Source: Tubulanus polymorphus (taxonomy: Eukaryota; Animalia; Nemertea). Taken from it: 64,000 nt of DNA. The translations under genes were made by a program, and so were the position numbers. The notes under the pieces are model-generated. The model was not told the origin of the DNA. It worked only from the letters and a program-made list of their open reading frames with translations, and did not search any database. This document shows positions 50,598-62,751 of the stretch, one piece after another. The number at the start of each line of letters is the position of its first letter. Position 1 is the stretch's first letter. The stretch spans positions 11,491,947 through 11,555,946 of the forward strand of contig NC_134030.1 of the NCBI RefSeq assembly GCF_964204645.1, given 5' to 3'.

Positions 50598-51592
50598 TAG
50601 GCTTTGTTACCTTACCGCTGTTTCATATACAATCCATATAATATCGTTCAGCTCACTGAGATCTACAAATAGCCCGCGTGTTTTTTCACGAATCATCGTT
50701 ACAAAAGCGCTGTCGGGCCGTAAACATCGAAAATTTAGCCCCATTCAATGGGGCGACATGTTTTTCGAGTCGTCATCCCGAAATCAACCCGCAGGCCGAC
50801 TGTCACTTCGATTATCAATTCAAGTATAAATGAACTAATTTATTGCCGCAGACTTCAAATTCAGTCGCGGTCTTCAAACAGTGATTTTAACAATAGCCCA
50901 TTTTCCTCATCAAATCATATTACCGATACACTGGAAATTTACTACTTTAGATTTTAAAAGCACTGTCGAGCCGTAAACATCGACGAATCGACGTGTGTTA
51001 CTACATCGTCGTTCCGGGAATCAGCTGCGAGTTTCTCCTCATCATGAGAATCAAATCGAGTACAAATTAATTCATTACTACCAGTGATTTGGCTGCGGGT
51101 TTCAAGCAGTTAGTATAACAATACCTATTTTTCTTTACCGAATTAACCGTGTATTTACTAAGATAAATCTTTAGTGTACCGGGGAATCGTAGGCCTAAAC
51201 TAAACACGCCGAAGAGATATAGCGGAGAAAAACTGTTATGTCGACGAGGTATCAAAATAAAAGAATATATTACTTTATTCGGCCGCGGGCTTCAACCTCT
51301 ATATCAATACCATCAATACTCTATATTTCCTACAGTACATACCGATCATTGTCAAATGCACAAGGTATTTACTAAATACAAGTATATAACACACTCCTAT
51401 CAGTATGCTGGACTCACACTTGACATTCGGAGTAAGCGTTCGCTGTGGGGGAAAGGGATCGTTCGCTGTGTCGCTTGAAGTGTTTATCGAGTTTGACGCG
51501 GCTTTAGGCCTACCGGTACTGAGCTTTACTGTATCAAACAAACACAGTACAATTGTTGCGTTTATTAACGGACTCATTGGATTGAACTTCAA

Positions 51593-52476
51593 AACAAAAT
51601 TTACGATATTTAGGTGGGTTGTTAAATTCAATAGGCCTACGACCAATCTGTCCGGATGTTAGGCCTACACATATACATAGGCCTACATAGGCTAGTAGCC
51701 TCTACTAGGTTAAGCGTTCGCTGTGGGGGAAAGGAGATCGTTCGCTGTGTCGCTTGAAGTGTTTATCGAGTTTTACGCGACCTTAAGGCTTTAGTATGGT
51801 GGCTGATAAGGGCCATGCGTAAAAAAAACACGTATATGCAAATGAGGGCGACATTATGACAAAACGACAAAACTAAAATAACGCGACAAAACAATAATTT
51901 TGGTTTTGTCGCCCGCGACAAGTCATTATTTTGGTTTTATCGCCCGCGACAATTCATTAATTTGGTTTTGTCACCCGCGACAAATCAATATTTTGGTTTT
52001 GTCGCCCGAGACAATTCAATATTTATGAGACAATAACAAAATTTACGATATTTAGGTGGGTTGTTAAATTCAATAGGCCTACGACCAATCTGTCCGGATG
52101 TTAGGCCTACACATATACATAGGCCTACATAGGCTAGTAGCCTCTACTAGGTTAAGCGTTCGCTGTGGGGGAAAGGAGATCGTTCGCTGTGTCGCTTGAA
52201 GTGTTTATCGAGTTTTACGCGACCTTAAGGCTTTAGTATGGTGGCTGATAAGGGCCATGCGTAAAAAAAACACGTATATGCAAATGAGGGCGACATTATG
52301 ACAAAACGACAAAACTAAAATAACGCGACAAAACAATAATTTTGGTTTTGTCGCCCGCGACAAGTCATTATTTTGGTTTTATCGCCCGCGACAATTCATT
52401 AATTTGGTTTTGTCACCCGCGACAATTCAATATTTTGGTTTTTATCGCCCGCGAAAATTCATTATTTTGGTTTTAT
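51593..52476. repeat. 442-bp direct tandem duplication that includes the start of the satellite
   Basis: TTACGATATTTAGGTGGG at 51601 and 52043, with near-identical sequence following. Confidence 0.9.
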
Positions 52477-55386
52477 CGCCCGCGACAATTCATCATTTTG
52501 GTTTTATCGCCGCGACAATTCATTATTTTGGTTTTATCGCCCGCGACAATTCATTAATTTGGTTTTGTCACCCGCGACAAATCAATATTTTGGTTTTGTC
52601 GCCCATGACAATTCAATATTTTGGTTTTTATCGCCCGCGACAATTCATTATTTTGGTTTTATCGCCCGCGACAATTCATTATTTTGGTTTTATCGCCCGC
52701 GACAATTCATTATTTTGGTTTTATCACCCGCGACAATTCATTATTTTGGTTTTATCGCCCGCGACAATTTTTTTTTGTCGCGGTTTTATCGCCCGCGACA
52801 ATTCATTATTTTGGTTTTATCGCCCGCGACAATTCATTAATTTGGTTTTGTCACCCGCGACAAAACAATAATTTTTGTTTTGTTGCCCGCGACAATTCAT
52901 TATTTTGGTTTTATCGTCCGCAACAATTCATTAGTTTGGTTTTGTCACCCGTGACAATTCAACATTTTGGTTTTTCTGCCGCGACAATTCCTACTTTGGA
53001 TTTGTCGCCCGCGACGATACAATATTTTGGTTTTGTCACCCGCGACAAAAAAATAATTTTGGTTTTGTTGCCCGCGACAATTCATTATTTTGGTTTTATC
53101 GCCCGCGACAATTCATTTTTTGGATTTGTCGCCCCGACAATTCAATATTTTGGTTTTATCGCCCGCGACAATTCATTATTTTTGTTTTATCGCCCGCAAC
53201 AATTCATTAGTTTGGTTTTATCGCCTGCGACACTTCAATATTTTGGTTTTATCGCCTGCGACAATTTGTTATTTTGGTTTTATCGCCCGTGACAATTCAT
53301 TAGTTTGGTTTTGTCGCCCGCGACAATTCATGATTTTGATTTTATCGCCCGCGACAATTCATTTTTTTGGTTTTATCGCCCGCGACAATTTTTTTTGTTG
53401 CGGTTTTATCGCACGCGACAATTCATTATTTTGGTTTTATCGCCCGCAACAATTCATTATTTTGGTTTTATCGCCCGCGACAATTCATTAATTTGGTTTT
53501 GTCACCCGCGACAATTCAAGATTTTGGTTTTTCTGCCGCGACAATTCATTCTTTGGATTTGTCGCCCGCGACAATTCAAAATTTTGGTTTTATCGCCAGC
53601 GACAATTCATTATTTTGGTTTTATCGCCCGCGACAATTCATTATTTTGGTTTTATCGCCCGCGACAATTCATCAATTTGGTTTTGTAACCCACGACAAAA
53701 CAATCTTTTGGTTTTGTCGCCCACGACAATTCAATATTCTGGTTTTATCGCCCGCGACAATTCATTATTTTGGTTTTATCGCCTGCGACAATTCATTATT
53801 TTGGTTTTGTCGCACGCGACAATAGCGACAATTCAAGATTTTGGTTTTATCGCCCGCGACAATTCATTTTTTGGATTTGTCGCCCGCGACAATTCAATAT
53901 TTTGGTTTTATCGCCAGCGACAATTCATTATTTTGGTTTTATCGCCCGCGACAATTCATTATTTTGGTTTTATCGCCCGCGACAATTCATTAATTTGGTT
54001 TTGTCACCCACGACAAAACAATATTTTGGTTTTGTCGCCCACGACAATTCAATATTCTGGTTTTATCGCCCGCGACAATTCATTATTTTGGTTTTATCGC
54101 CTGCGACAATTCATTATTTTGGTTTTGTCGCACGCGACAATAGCGACAATTCAAGATTTTGGTTTTATCGCCCGCGACAATTCATTTTTTGGATTTGTCG
54201 CCAACGACAATTCAATATCTTGGTTTTATCGCCCGCGACAATTCATTATTTTGGTTTTATCGCCCGCGACAATTTTTTTTTCTTTTTGTCGCGGTTTTAT
54301 CGCCTGCGACACTTCAATATTTTGGTTTTATCGCCTGCGACAATTCATTAGTTTGGTTTTGTCGCCCACGATAATTGAATATTTTGGTTTTGTCGCCCGC
54401 GACAATTCATGATTTTGGTTTTATCGCCCGCGACAATTCATTTTTTTGGTTTTATCGCCTACGACAATTTATTATTTTGGTTTTATCGCCCGCGACAATT
54501 CATTATTTTGGTTTTGTCGCACGCGACAATAGCGACAATTCAAGATTTTGGTTTTATCACCCGCGACAATTCATTTTTTGGATTTGTCGCCCACGATAAT
54601 TGAATATTTTGGTTTTGTCGCCCGCGACAATTCATGATTTTGGTTTTATCGCCCGCGACAATTCATTTTTTTGGTTTTATCGCCTACGACAATTTATTAT
54701 TTTGGTTTTATCGCCCGCGACAATTCATTATTTTGGTTTTGTCGCACGCGACAATAGCGACAATTCAAGATTTTGGTTTTATCACCCGCGACAATTCATT
54801 TTTTGGATTTGTCACCCATGACAATTCAATATTTTGGTTTTATCGCCCGCGACAATTCATTATTTTGGTTTTATCGCCCGCGACAATTCATTTTTTTGGT
54901 TTTATCGCCTACGACAATTTATTATTTTGGTTTTATCGCCCGCGACAATTCATTATTTTGGTTTTGTCGCACGCGACAATAGCGACAATTCAAGATTTTG
55001 GTTTTATCACCCGCGACAATTCATTTTTTGGATTTGTCACCCACGACAATTCAATATTTTGGTTTTATCGCCCGCGAAAATTCATTATTTTGGTTTTATC
55101 GCCCGCGACAATTCATTTTTTGGTTTTATCGCCTACGACAATTTATTATTTTGGTTTTATCGCCAACAACAATTCATTAGTTTGGTTTTGTTGCCCGCGA
55201 CAATTGAATATTTTGGTTTTGTCGCCGCGACAATTCATTTTTTTGGTTTTGTCGCCCGCGAAAATTCAATATTTTGGTTTTATCGACAGCGACAATTGAT
55301 TATTTTGGTTTTATCGCCCGCGACAATTGATTATTTTGATTTTATCGCCCGCGACAATTAATTTTTTTGGTTTTTTGTCGCCCATA
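52340..55386. repeat. 31-bp satellite, about 98 copies, with higher-order repeats
   Basis: Unit TTTTGGTTTTATCGCCCGCGACAATTCATTA. A variant carrying an 8-bp insertion recurs at 53811, 54129, 54518, 54743 and 54968. Confidence 0.95.
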
Positions 55387-55473
55387 TTATTAGCTTTTGA
55401 ATAATTAGGCCAATTAATAACGTAATAAAGACTTATGCTTTCGCCTATTTTGAAGTCGATTAATCTGATATAG

Positions 55474-55889
55474 TACGGAAGCGATAAAGGGCCTCGAGTT
55501 GTCGCGTTCAAACTCGACAAGTCGCCATATTTATGTCGATATATCGCGATATATCGCGTCAAGTCCACATGAATATGTCTACATATCGTGACGTTTTCAC
55601 GACAAATTTCGCTTATTTGCTCATTTTCCACGGGACAAGCCGTCATTTGAAGACATGTCTAAATGTAAGATGAGGACGCCAGTAATATGACGACTGAGTT
55701 TCAAGTCGTCATGAATATGTCGACTTGTCGCGAGGAAAATGGTTGAGAAAACGAAATATGTCGTCAAAACGTCACGATATATCGACATATTCATGTCGAC
55801 TTGACGCGATATATCGGGGTATGTCGACAATAATATGGCGACTTGTCGAGTTGGAACGCATCATCTCGAGGCCCCTTATCGCTTCCGTA
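55474..55889. mobile_element. MITE with TACGG...CCGTA termini (IS3EU-like)
   Basis: TIRs TACGGAAGCGATAAAGGGCCTCGAG / CTCGAGGCCCCTTATCGCTTCCGTA; GATATAG duplicated at 55467-55473 and 55890-55896. Confidence 0.85.
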
Positions 55890-56439
55890 GATATAGTGTC
55901 GAATATTAAGGTCATTTTGGCAGATTCTTTTCTTTTTAAAGTGATATTAAAGCGATCATTCAAGTGATCCTACTTAATGAAAGATCTACGGAAGCGATTA
56001 AGGGCCTCGAGTTGTTGCGTTCCAACTCGATAAGTCGCCATATTTATGTCGATATATCGCATCAATTCGACATGAATATGTCGACATATCGTGACGTGAA
56101 GGCGCTCTTGCGACTGGCAGAAACTAGTCGCACACAATCGTATTGCAAGCGACTTGCATCGAAACTTGCGATGCAACGCGAGGATCGCATCGTGTCACAA
56201 GAACAACCTACGTCTGGCTTTAAGTTACTGCGGAGCACCAGAAATATCTTTTTTTTTCGTTCAAAAGACCTTTCGCTTGAAAATTCTTTCATCGGAACAA
56301 AATTTATTTCGTTCGAACCAATAATATTCTATACAATTGAACCAATTTGAAAAAAATCCTTAGAACAAAGTTGAACAAACTTTTTTTTGTCCAAACGAAA
56401 GGTTTTTCGTTCGAACAATCATTCAATTGAACAGAATCG

Positions 56440-56845
56440 TACGGAAGCGATAAGGGGCCTCGAGATGTTGCGTTCCAACTCGACAAGTCGCCATATTTAT
56501 GTCGATATATCGCGTCAAGTCGCCATGAATATATCGACATATCGTGACGTTTTCACGACAAATTTCGCTTTTTCGCCCATTTTCCACGGGACAAGCCGTC
56601 ATTTGAAGACACGTCTAAATGTAAGATGAGGACACCAGTGAAATGACGACTGAGTTTCAAGTCGTCGTGAATATGTCGACTTGTCGCGAGGAAAGTGGTC
56701 GAGAGAACGAAAACTGTCGTCAAAACGTCACGATATAACGACATTTTCATGTCGACTTGACGCGATATATCGCGGTATGTCGACATAAATATGACGACTT
56801 GTCGAGTTGGAACGCGACATCTCGAGGCCCCTTATCGCTTCCGTA
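56440..56845. mobile_element. Second full copy of the TACGG...CCGTA MITE (a truncated third copy starts near 55987)
   Basis: Same TIRs and body as 55474-55889; GAATCG duplicated on both sides. Confidence 0.85.
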
Positions 56846-57195
56846 GAATCGTTTTAATTTGAACAGAATTTTCTTGTCAGAACATTAAGTTTTTCGTTCG
56901 AACAAGTATATTGAAAAAAGTTTTTTCTCCGAACCGAAAGTATTAAGTATTTCGTTCAATCGAACAGAATTGTTTTCATTCAAACATTCGTTCGAAAAAA
57001 ATTGTTTTCGCTCAACCAAATTTTTTTTCATTTCAACAATAACATAGCTTTTTATTCGAACACATGGCTCAAGTCCATTATAGCATTAAATAGTTCCAGC
57101 AGAGACTTATCACATTGAACTGGTATTTGGAATTAATCCGCCAATATTGGTCTGATTGAATCTTACGACATTACGCCATAGGGACGTGCGAACAT

Positions 57196-57880
57196 ACCGA
57201 CATACCGACAAACCGACGAACCGACAAACCGACGAACCGACATACCGACGAACCAACATACCGACAAACCGACGAACCGACAAAAAGACAAATCCGTGCG
57301 TGGATTACCCTTATATAAAGTGGCTGGGATCGAGGGGCTGCGTGGTTGCGTGGATTACCCTGGTTATATAATGTGGCTGGGATCGAGGGGCTGCGTGGTT
57401 GCGTGGATTACCCTTATATAATGTGGCTGGGATCGAGGGGCTGGGTATATGCGTGGATTACCCGCCGATTTCCCTCATATAAAGTGGCTAGGATCGAGGG
57501 GCTGCGTGGTTGCGTGGATTACCCTTATATAATGTGGCTGGGATCGAGGGGCTGGGTGGTGCGTGGATTACCCTTATATAATGTGGCTGGGATCGAGGGG
57601 CTGGGTGGTGCGTGGATTACCCTAATATAAAGTGGCTGGGATCGAGGGGCTGTGTGGTGCGTGGATTACCCTTTTATAAAGTGGTTGGGATCGAGGGGCT
57701 GTGTGGTTGAGTGGATTACCCTTATATAATGTGGCTAGGATCGACGGACAGGGTTTTTCCGTGGATTACCCGTGGCTGGATCGAGGGCATACGAGTTTGT
57801 CGGTTTAACGGTATGTCGGTTCGTCGGTTTGTCGGTTCGTCGGGTTGTCGGTATGTCGGTTTGTCGGTATGTCGGTTTGT
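57196..57880. repeat. ~50-bp minisatellite (about 10 copies) flanked by inverted CCGAC-rich 8-bp repeat tracts
   Basis: Unit GCGTGGATTACCCTTATATAATGTGGCTGGGATCGAGGGGCTGCGTGGTT at about 57298-57790; left flank (CCGACnnA)n, right flank (TnnGTCGG)n. Confidence 0.85.
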
Positions 57881-58436
57881 CTTGAAAAATACGCAGCCGA
57901 ATTACTCCTTTTCTAAAAATGTATCCTTGAGCGGGAACTATTCCACGCTATACTGGACTTGAACCGAACACATTTTTTGTCAGAATGAAGAAAATTTTTG
58001 GTTCAAGCAAAAAGCGTATTGTTCGATCAAACAGAATTATTTTCATTCGAACAAGATTTTCTTGTTGGAACATTAAGTTTTTCGGTCGAACAACGTGTTA
58101 AGGTCGATTTGGAAATTTACTCGGTCTGGTATATGTTGGATTACTGTGTATGCCATTTGTCAGGACAATAAACAGAAGACAACTTAAGATACTACCTTGC
58201 GTGACTCCACTAGTTTGACCGACTTATTCCAAGATGAGGCGTTCCGTTGATTTCAGCTACAAGTTTTCGTTCAGAGATAAGTGCTGAGCCATTTGGGCGA
58301 CCTATCATTGATACTGTTTCCTAATAGCCTGTTTAGTAATGGCTGATGTTGTTCCTTATCAAATGCTTCGTCAAAATCCACCGTTGATCAGGATTCTAAG
58401 ACTGTGCAGAAAACCCGTTATTGCTGCTTTGCAGCT

Positions 58437-58580
58437 ATATTCATAATTATTATTTGTTGTAACATTATTTAAAGCACCATCATCTGGAGTTAATTTTGTT
58501 TCTGTTATTCCTAAATCATCTAAAGTTTTTTCAATTGGAACATCACCATTTTTAGATTTTATTTTCTTTTCACCTCCCAT
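58437..58580 (-). pseudogene. N-terminal fragment of an element protein cut off by the insertion
   Basis: TAAATG start, MGGEKKIKSKNGDVPIEKTLDDLGITE...NNNYEY; base composition changes abruptly below 58437. Confidence 0.55.
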
Positions 58581-58885
58581 TTATATAACAAATAAATTAG
58601 TTGTGTTGTTGCAACTAGAATTCAACTAGAATGTAACTAGAATTCAACTAGATTAACAAGCTATTTGAAATATTGTTGTTTTTATTTATTTCTTGTTAAA
58701 TCTAGTTGATTTCTGTTCCAACTACCAATAACTAGAATTCAACTAGAATGTAACTAAAAATATACTAGATTAACAAGCTAGTTAAAATATTGTTGAATTT
58801 TATTTGATTTTTGTTTCAAATACCAATAACTAGAATTCAACTAGAATGTAACTAAATATGTAATAGATTAACAAACCTGTTGAAT

Positions 58886-59495
58886 TTAAATAAATTCATA
58901 TTTAAATGGGTGTTGTAATCTAAATAGTAATTTTGATCTTTTATTATTTTTCAATTTATCCATATATTCATTATGTAAATCATGTGGAATAATATCATTT
59001 TCCTCAAGTGCATTTTTCATCGATTTTCTATCTTTATTGTAGAATAATACTAAAAATCTAATGTTTTCTCTAAAATCTTTAACAATTGAATTATATTTTT
59101 GATTTAAAACCCAAGTTGTTATCCCAAAATGTCTGCCAGAAAAAGCTAAATAGCATAACTCACTTTCTCTAACTTTTGAATCATGTAAATTTGCGCAATC
59201 ATCTATGATAAATAATGTATTTGATCCTTTATAAATATCAATTGCTATTTTTATACAATTATCTAAATTTTCTTTTACTGTTTTAGGATCTAATATAATA
59301 AATTTATTATTTCTAGTAATATTTCTATCATAAGTTTGATAAAATTCATATGTTGAACAAAATAATACTATATTATCAAAATAGATTTTTATAAACAGTT
59401 TCTAATAGATTTAATATAAAATTAGTTTTTCCACAATTTGTTACGCCAGAAATTAACATATTATGAGGCTCAAATATAAATAATTCCTTATTCAT
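58886..59495 (-). pseudogene. Duplicated packaging ATPase with a 1-bp frameshift
   Basis: Near-identical to 59687-60289; has an extra A at about 59385 and 6 extra nt near 59350 (FCSTYEF versus SCSEF). Confidence 0.9.
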
Positions 59496-59686
59496 TTATA
59501 TATTTTTAATTTTACTTGATAATATCCATTCATTGAATTTATCTGGCCATCCAACCCATTTTACTAAAGAATATTTTTTTCTTTTAATAGTTTTTGTTTT
59601 TATAATTTTTCAATTTTATATTCTTGTTAACTAGAATTCAACTAAAATGTATCTGAATATGTAATAGATTAACAAACCTGTTGAAT

Positions 59687-60289
59687 TTAAATAAATTCAT
59701 ATTTAAATGGGTGTTGTAATCTGAATAGTAATTTTGATCTTTTATTATTTTTCAATTTATCCATATATTCATTATGTAAATCATGTGGAATAATATCATT
59801 TTCCTCAAGTGCATTTTTTATCGATTTTCTATCTTTATTGTAGAATAATACTAAAAATCTAATGTTTTCTCTAAAATCTTTAACGATTGAATTATATTTT
59901 TGATTTAAAACCCAAGTTGTTATCCCAAAATGTCTGCCAGAAAAAGCTAAATAGCATAACTCACTTTCTCTAACTTTTGAATCATGTAAATTTGCGCAAT
60001 CATCTATGATAAATAATGTATTTGATCCTTTATAAATATCAATTGCTATTTTTATACAATTATCTAAATTTTCTTTTACTGTTTTAGGATCTAATATAAT
60101 AAATTTATTATTTCTAGTAATATTTCTATCATAAGTTTGATAAAATTCTGAACAAGATAATACTATATTATCAAAATAGTTTTTATAAACAGTTTCTAAT
60201 AGATTTAATATAAAATAAGTTTTTCCACAATTTGTTACGCCAGAAATTAACATATTATGAGGCTCAAATATAAATAATTCCTTATTCAT
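59687..60289 (-). CDS. A32/FtsK-like genome-packaging ATPase
   Basis: Walker A ISGVTNCGKT, Walker B LFIIDD, and the SGRHFGITTWVLNQKY...REN motif typical of A32-like ATPases. Confidence 0.9.
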   Translation of the reverse strand: MNKELFIFEPHNMLISGVTNCGKTYFILNLLETVYKNYFDNIVLSCSEFYQTYDRNITRNNKFIILDPKTVKENLDNCIKIAIDIYKGSNTLFIIDDCANLHDSKVRESELCYLAFSGRHFGITTWVLNQKYNSIVKDFRENIRFLVLFYNKDRKSIKNALEENDIIPHDLHNEYMDKLKNNKRSKLLFRLQHPFKYEFI

Positions 60290-61415
60290 TTATATATTTT
60301 TAATTTTACTTGATAATATCCATTCATTGAATTTATCTGGCCATCCAACCCATTTTACTAAAGAATATTTTTTTCTTTTAATAGTTTTTGTTTTTAATGC
60401 TTTTTCAATTTTATATTCTTGTTCTAGATTTTCAGTAGTTAAACTCAATTCTTCTTCGTAAAAGTAGCCATCAACTTCTTCACTATCTAAATCTTCTAAT
60501 TTATAGACATATGGTTTTGTTGTTATTACCTTTTTTATTCTATATATTTCTCTAGTAAAATTTCGATCGTATCCCTTGTCAAATATCTTTTTATACTTAG
60601 AAATTCTAACATTTTGACCAACTTTAAATTTAGGTTCACCAAAATCATCTACAAGAAATGCTCCATATAAATTATTCCAAACAATTTCAGCATTTTCAGG
60701 TTTTCTAGCATCAATAGGTTTCATTCCAATAGAAGAATGATAAGAATTATTATATCCTTCTATCAATTTTGGTAAAACATCAATCTATTTAAAAGTATTA
60801 TTTGCTGTAAAATATTTCCACATTCTTGTTCTTAATGTTCTGTTAAATCGTTCCAACAACTGCCGCTTTTTTATCCGATTTTGTTGAAAAATATTTAATA
60901 TTATGATTATCTAAGAGTTCATGAACAAGTGAATTATTAAACTCTTTTCCATCATCAAATTGTATTTTTTCTGGTTTTAGTTTATCATCCGAAAGAAATT
61001 TTCTTAAAACATTTGATGTTTGTGCAGCATCTTTTCTATAAAGTGGGAAACTCCATACATAACGACTAAAAATATCAATTATATTCAATATCCACCAATA
61101 ATCATCATTATCTTTCTTAACATTTTTCATATCAATTAAATCTCCTTGCCACTGTTGATCTACATAACTTACCATAGTTTTACGAGTTTTATATTTTCTA
61201 ACAATTTTTTTATGTGTTGTGCATGTTGGTTGTTCTAACATAAATTCATTTATATCTTTATATTTAACTAAATTTTGTGGGATTATCTTATCTAATTTAT
61301 CTTGTTTTACTTGACGCCATATATTTTTAGTAGAAGAATAAGCAACCGAACTCTCAGGGTTGTAATATAAATTTCTTAAATATTGTTCTTTAGTATTAGT
61401 TTTTTTACCACCCAT
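60290..61415 (-). pseudogene. Polinton-type rve (DDE) integrase with C-terminal chromodomain
   Basis: QWQGDL, IDIFSRY, QFDDGKEF, AVV(E)RFNRT (+1 insertion near 60853; in-frame TAG near 60786), YNNSYHSSIGMKP, KFKVGQNVRISK, YSLVKWVGWPDKFNEWI. Confidence 0.93.
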
Positions 61416-61445
61416 TTATATATCCTTAATTTTAACTTTATATTT

Positions 61446-62681
61446 CTTATATTGAATACTAATTGTGAATTTACAATATTTAATTGTGCGTCAATATAAA
61501 TGTGCATTTTAAAATTAAAGCTTCCTTTTTTCTTTTTCATGAATAATTTTATCCCGTCTTTAGTGTTCTGTAGTTTTTTCCCAGAACCATGTAATGAATT
61601 ATCCTCTGTTGTTCTAAAATCTAACCATAATGCATATTTATTACCGGTATAATAATCAATTTGATTAATATTACAATTTTCAAATGATTTTACTTTTTCA
61701 TTCATAAAATGTATTCTAATTTCTGGCCATTGATCAATCATTCTCATTCCTTGACAAAATATTTTATTTGCTATTCCTTCGATAGTTATTTCTACTTTGT
61801 TATTTCAGGATTATTATAATTATCAACATTTATTGCGCCATTAGTATATGTTGCAACGGTAAAAAATATTAATATACCTTTAATAGATATTCTTGGGAAG
61901 TTAATATTCTCATTAATAATTTCATCATTTGCATTAATAGTTACGGTTTTAAATTTATCAATATAATCATATAATAATGAAAATCCTTGATTGTATTGAG
62001 TTTGAATTGTGCTAGCAATATTTTCATTAGTTACTGTGTCATATTCTAAACATATATTTGATAATTTATAACCCATATCTTTAACAACGCTAGATAATAC
62101 AATTTCATTTACAGGAGCAAATGTTATCTCAAATATAATATCTTCTTGAATTACATATTTATATAAAGGTGCATTATTATTTATCAATTCAAAGTCTAAT
62201 GGAATTTTATATTTGCTTCCATAAATCTTTTTATCAAATTATCTACAGCATTAGTTACTACTGCATTATTGGCTTCAGATCTTAATTTATTATGGTTTTC
62301 CGATTGAATACCCTGAAATATCATATTATTTCTATTTTCTTTAGTTAACCATAAATCTTTATAATGCATAAATAAATTATAATCATCTAATGAGAAAACT
62401 CTTTCTGGACCAATCTTTATAGTTAATTTTTTAATCAAATATCTCCAAACATTATCGACAACATAATTATTATCATGACCGGTTACTTTTATATCGGCTG
62501 ATAAATAAATACTATTTGGAACATCAAAAGTATTTTGCGTTAATCTAGGAATTCTAACATATAAAGTTTCATCGGGATTAATATTTGAAGGATTATGTGT
62601 AATTATATGATGTGATCTTTCTGCTTTAATAGCATTAGATATTCTAGAAATCTTAGAAGGACTTATATAACTCCCACTCAT
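61446..62681 (-). pseudogene. Putative major capsid protein (double jelly-roll), about 410 aa, frameshifted
   Basis: ORFs 62196-62681, 61792-62187 and 61376-61747 join with single-base fixes (IKKIYGSKYKIPLDFELIN; NPEITKVEITIEGIANKIFCQGMR). Size, beta-rich pattern and position next to the integrase and ATPase fit a capsid gene; the fold is inferred. Confidence 0.7.
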
Positions 62682-62751
62682 TTATTTAACAAAAAATTAA
62701 TTATTTATTTTTTATTATTTTTTCTTGATATCTTTTTGATATCATATTCAC

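Noticed and set aside
52342-55361. Many overlapping ORFs (VLSPATIHYFGFIARDN...)
   Set aside because: Artefacts of a stop-poor 31-bp repeat read in rotating frames.
52340-55386. CRISPR-like array of ~31-bp palindromic repeats
   Set aside because: Units are contiguous with no unique spacers, no cas genes are present, and the context is eukaryotic; it is a satellite.
55311-57962. Short ORFs in the MITE and minisatellite region
   Set aside because: They lie within non-coding TIR elements and tandem repeats and show no transposase motifs.
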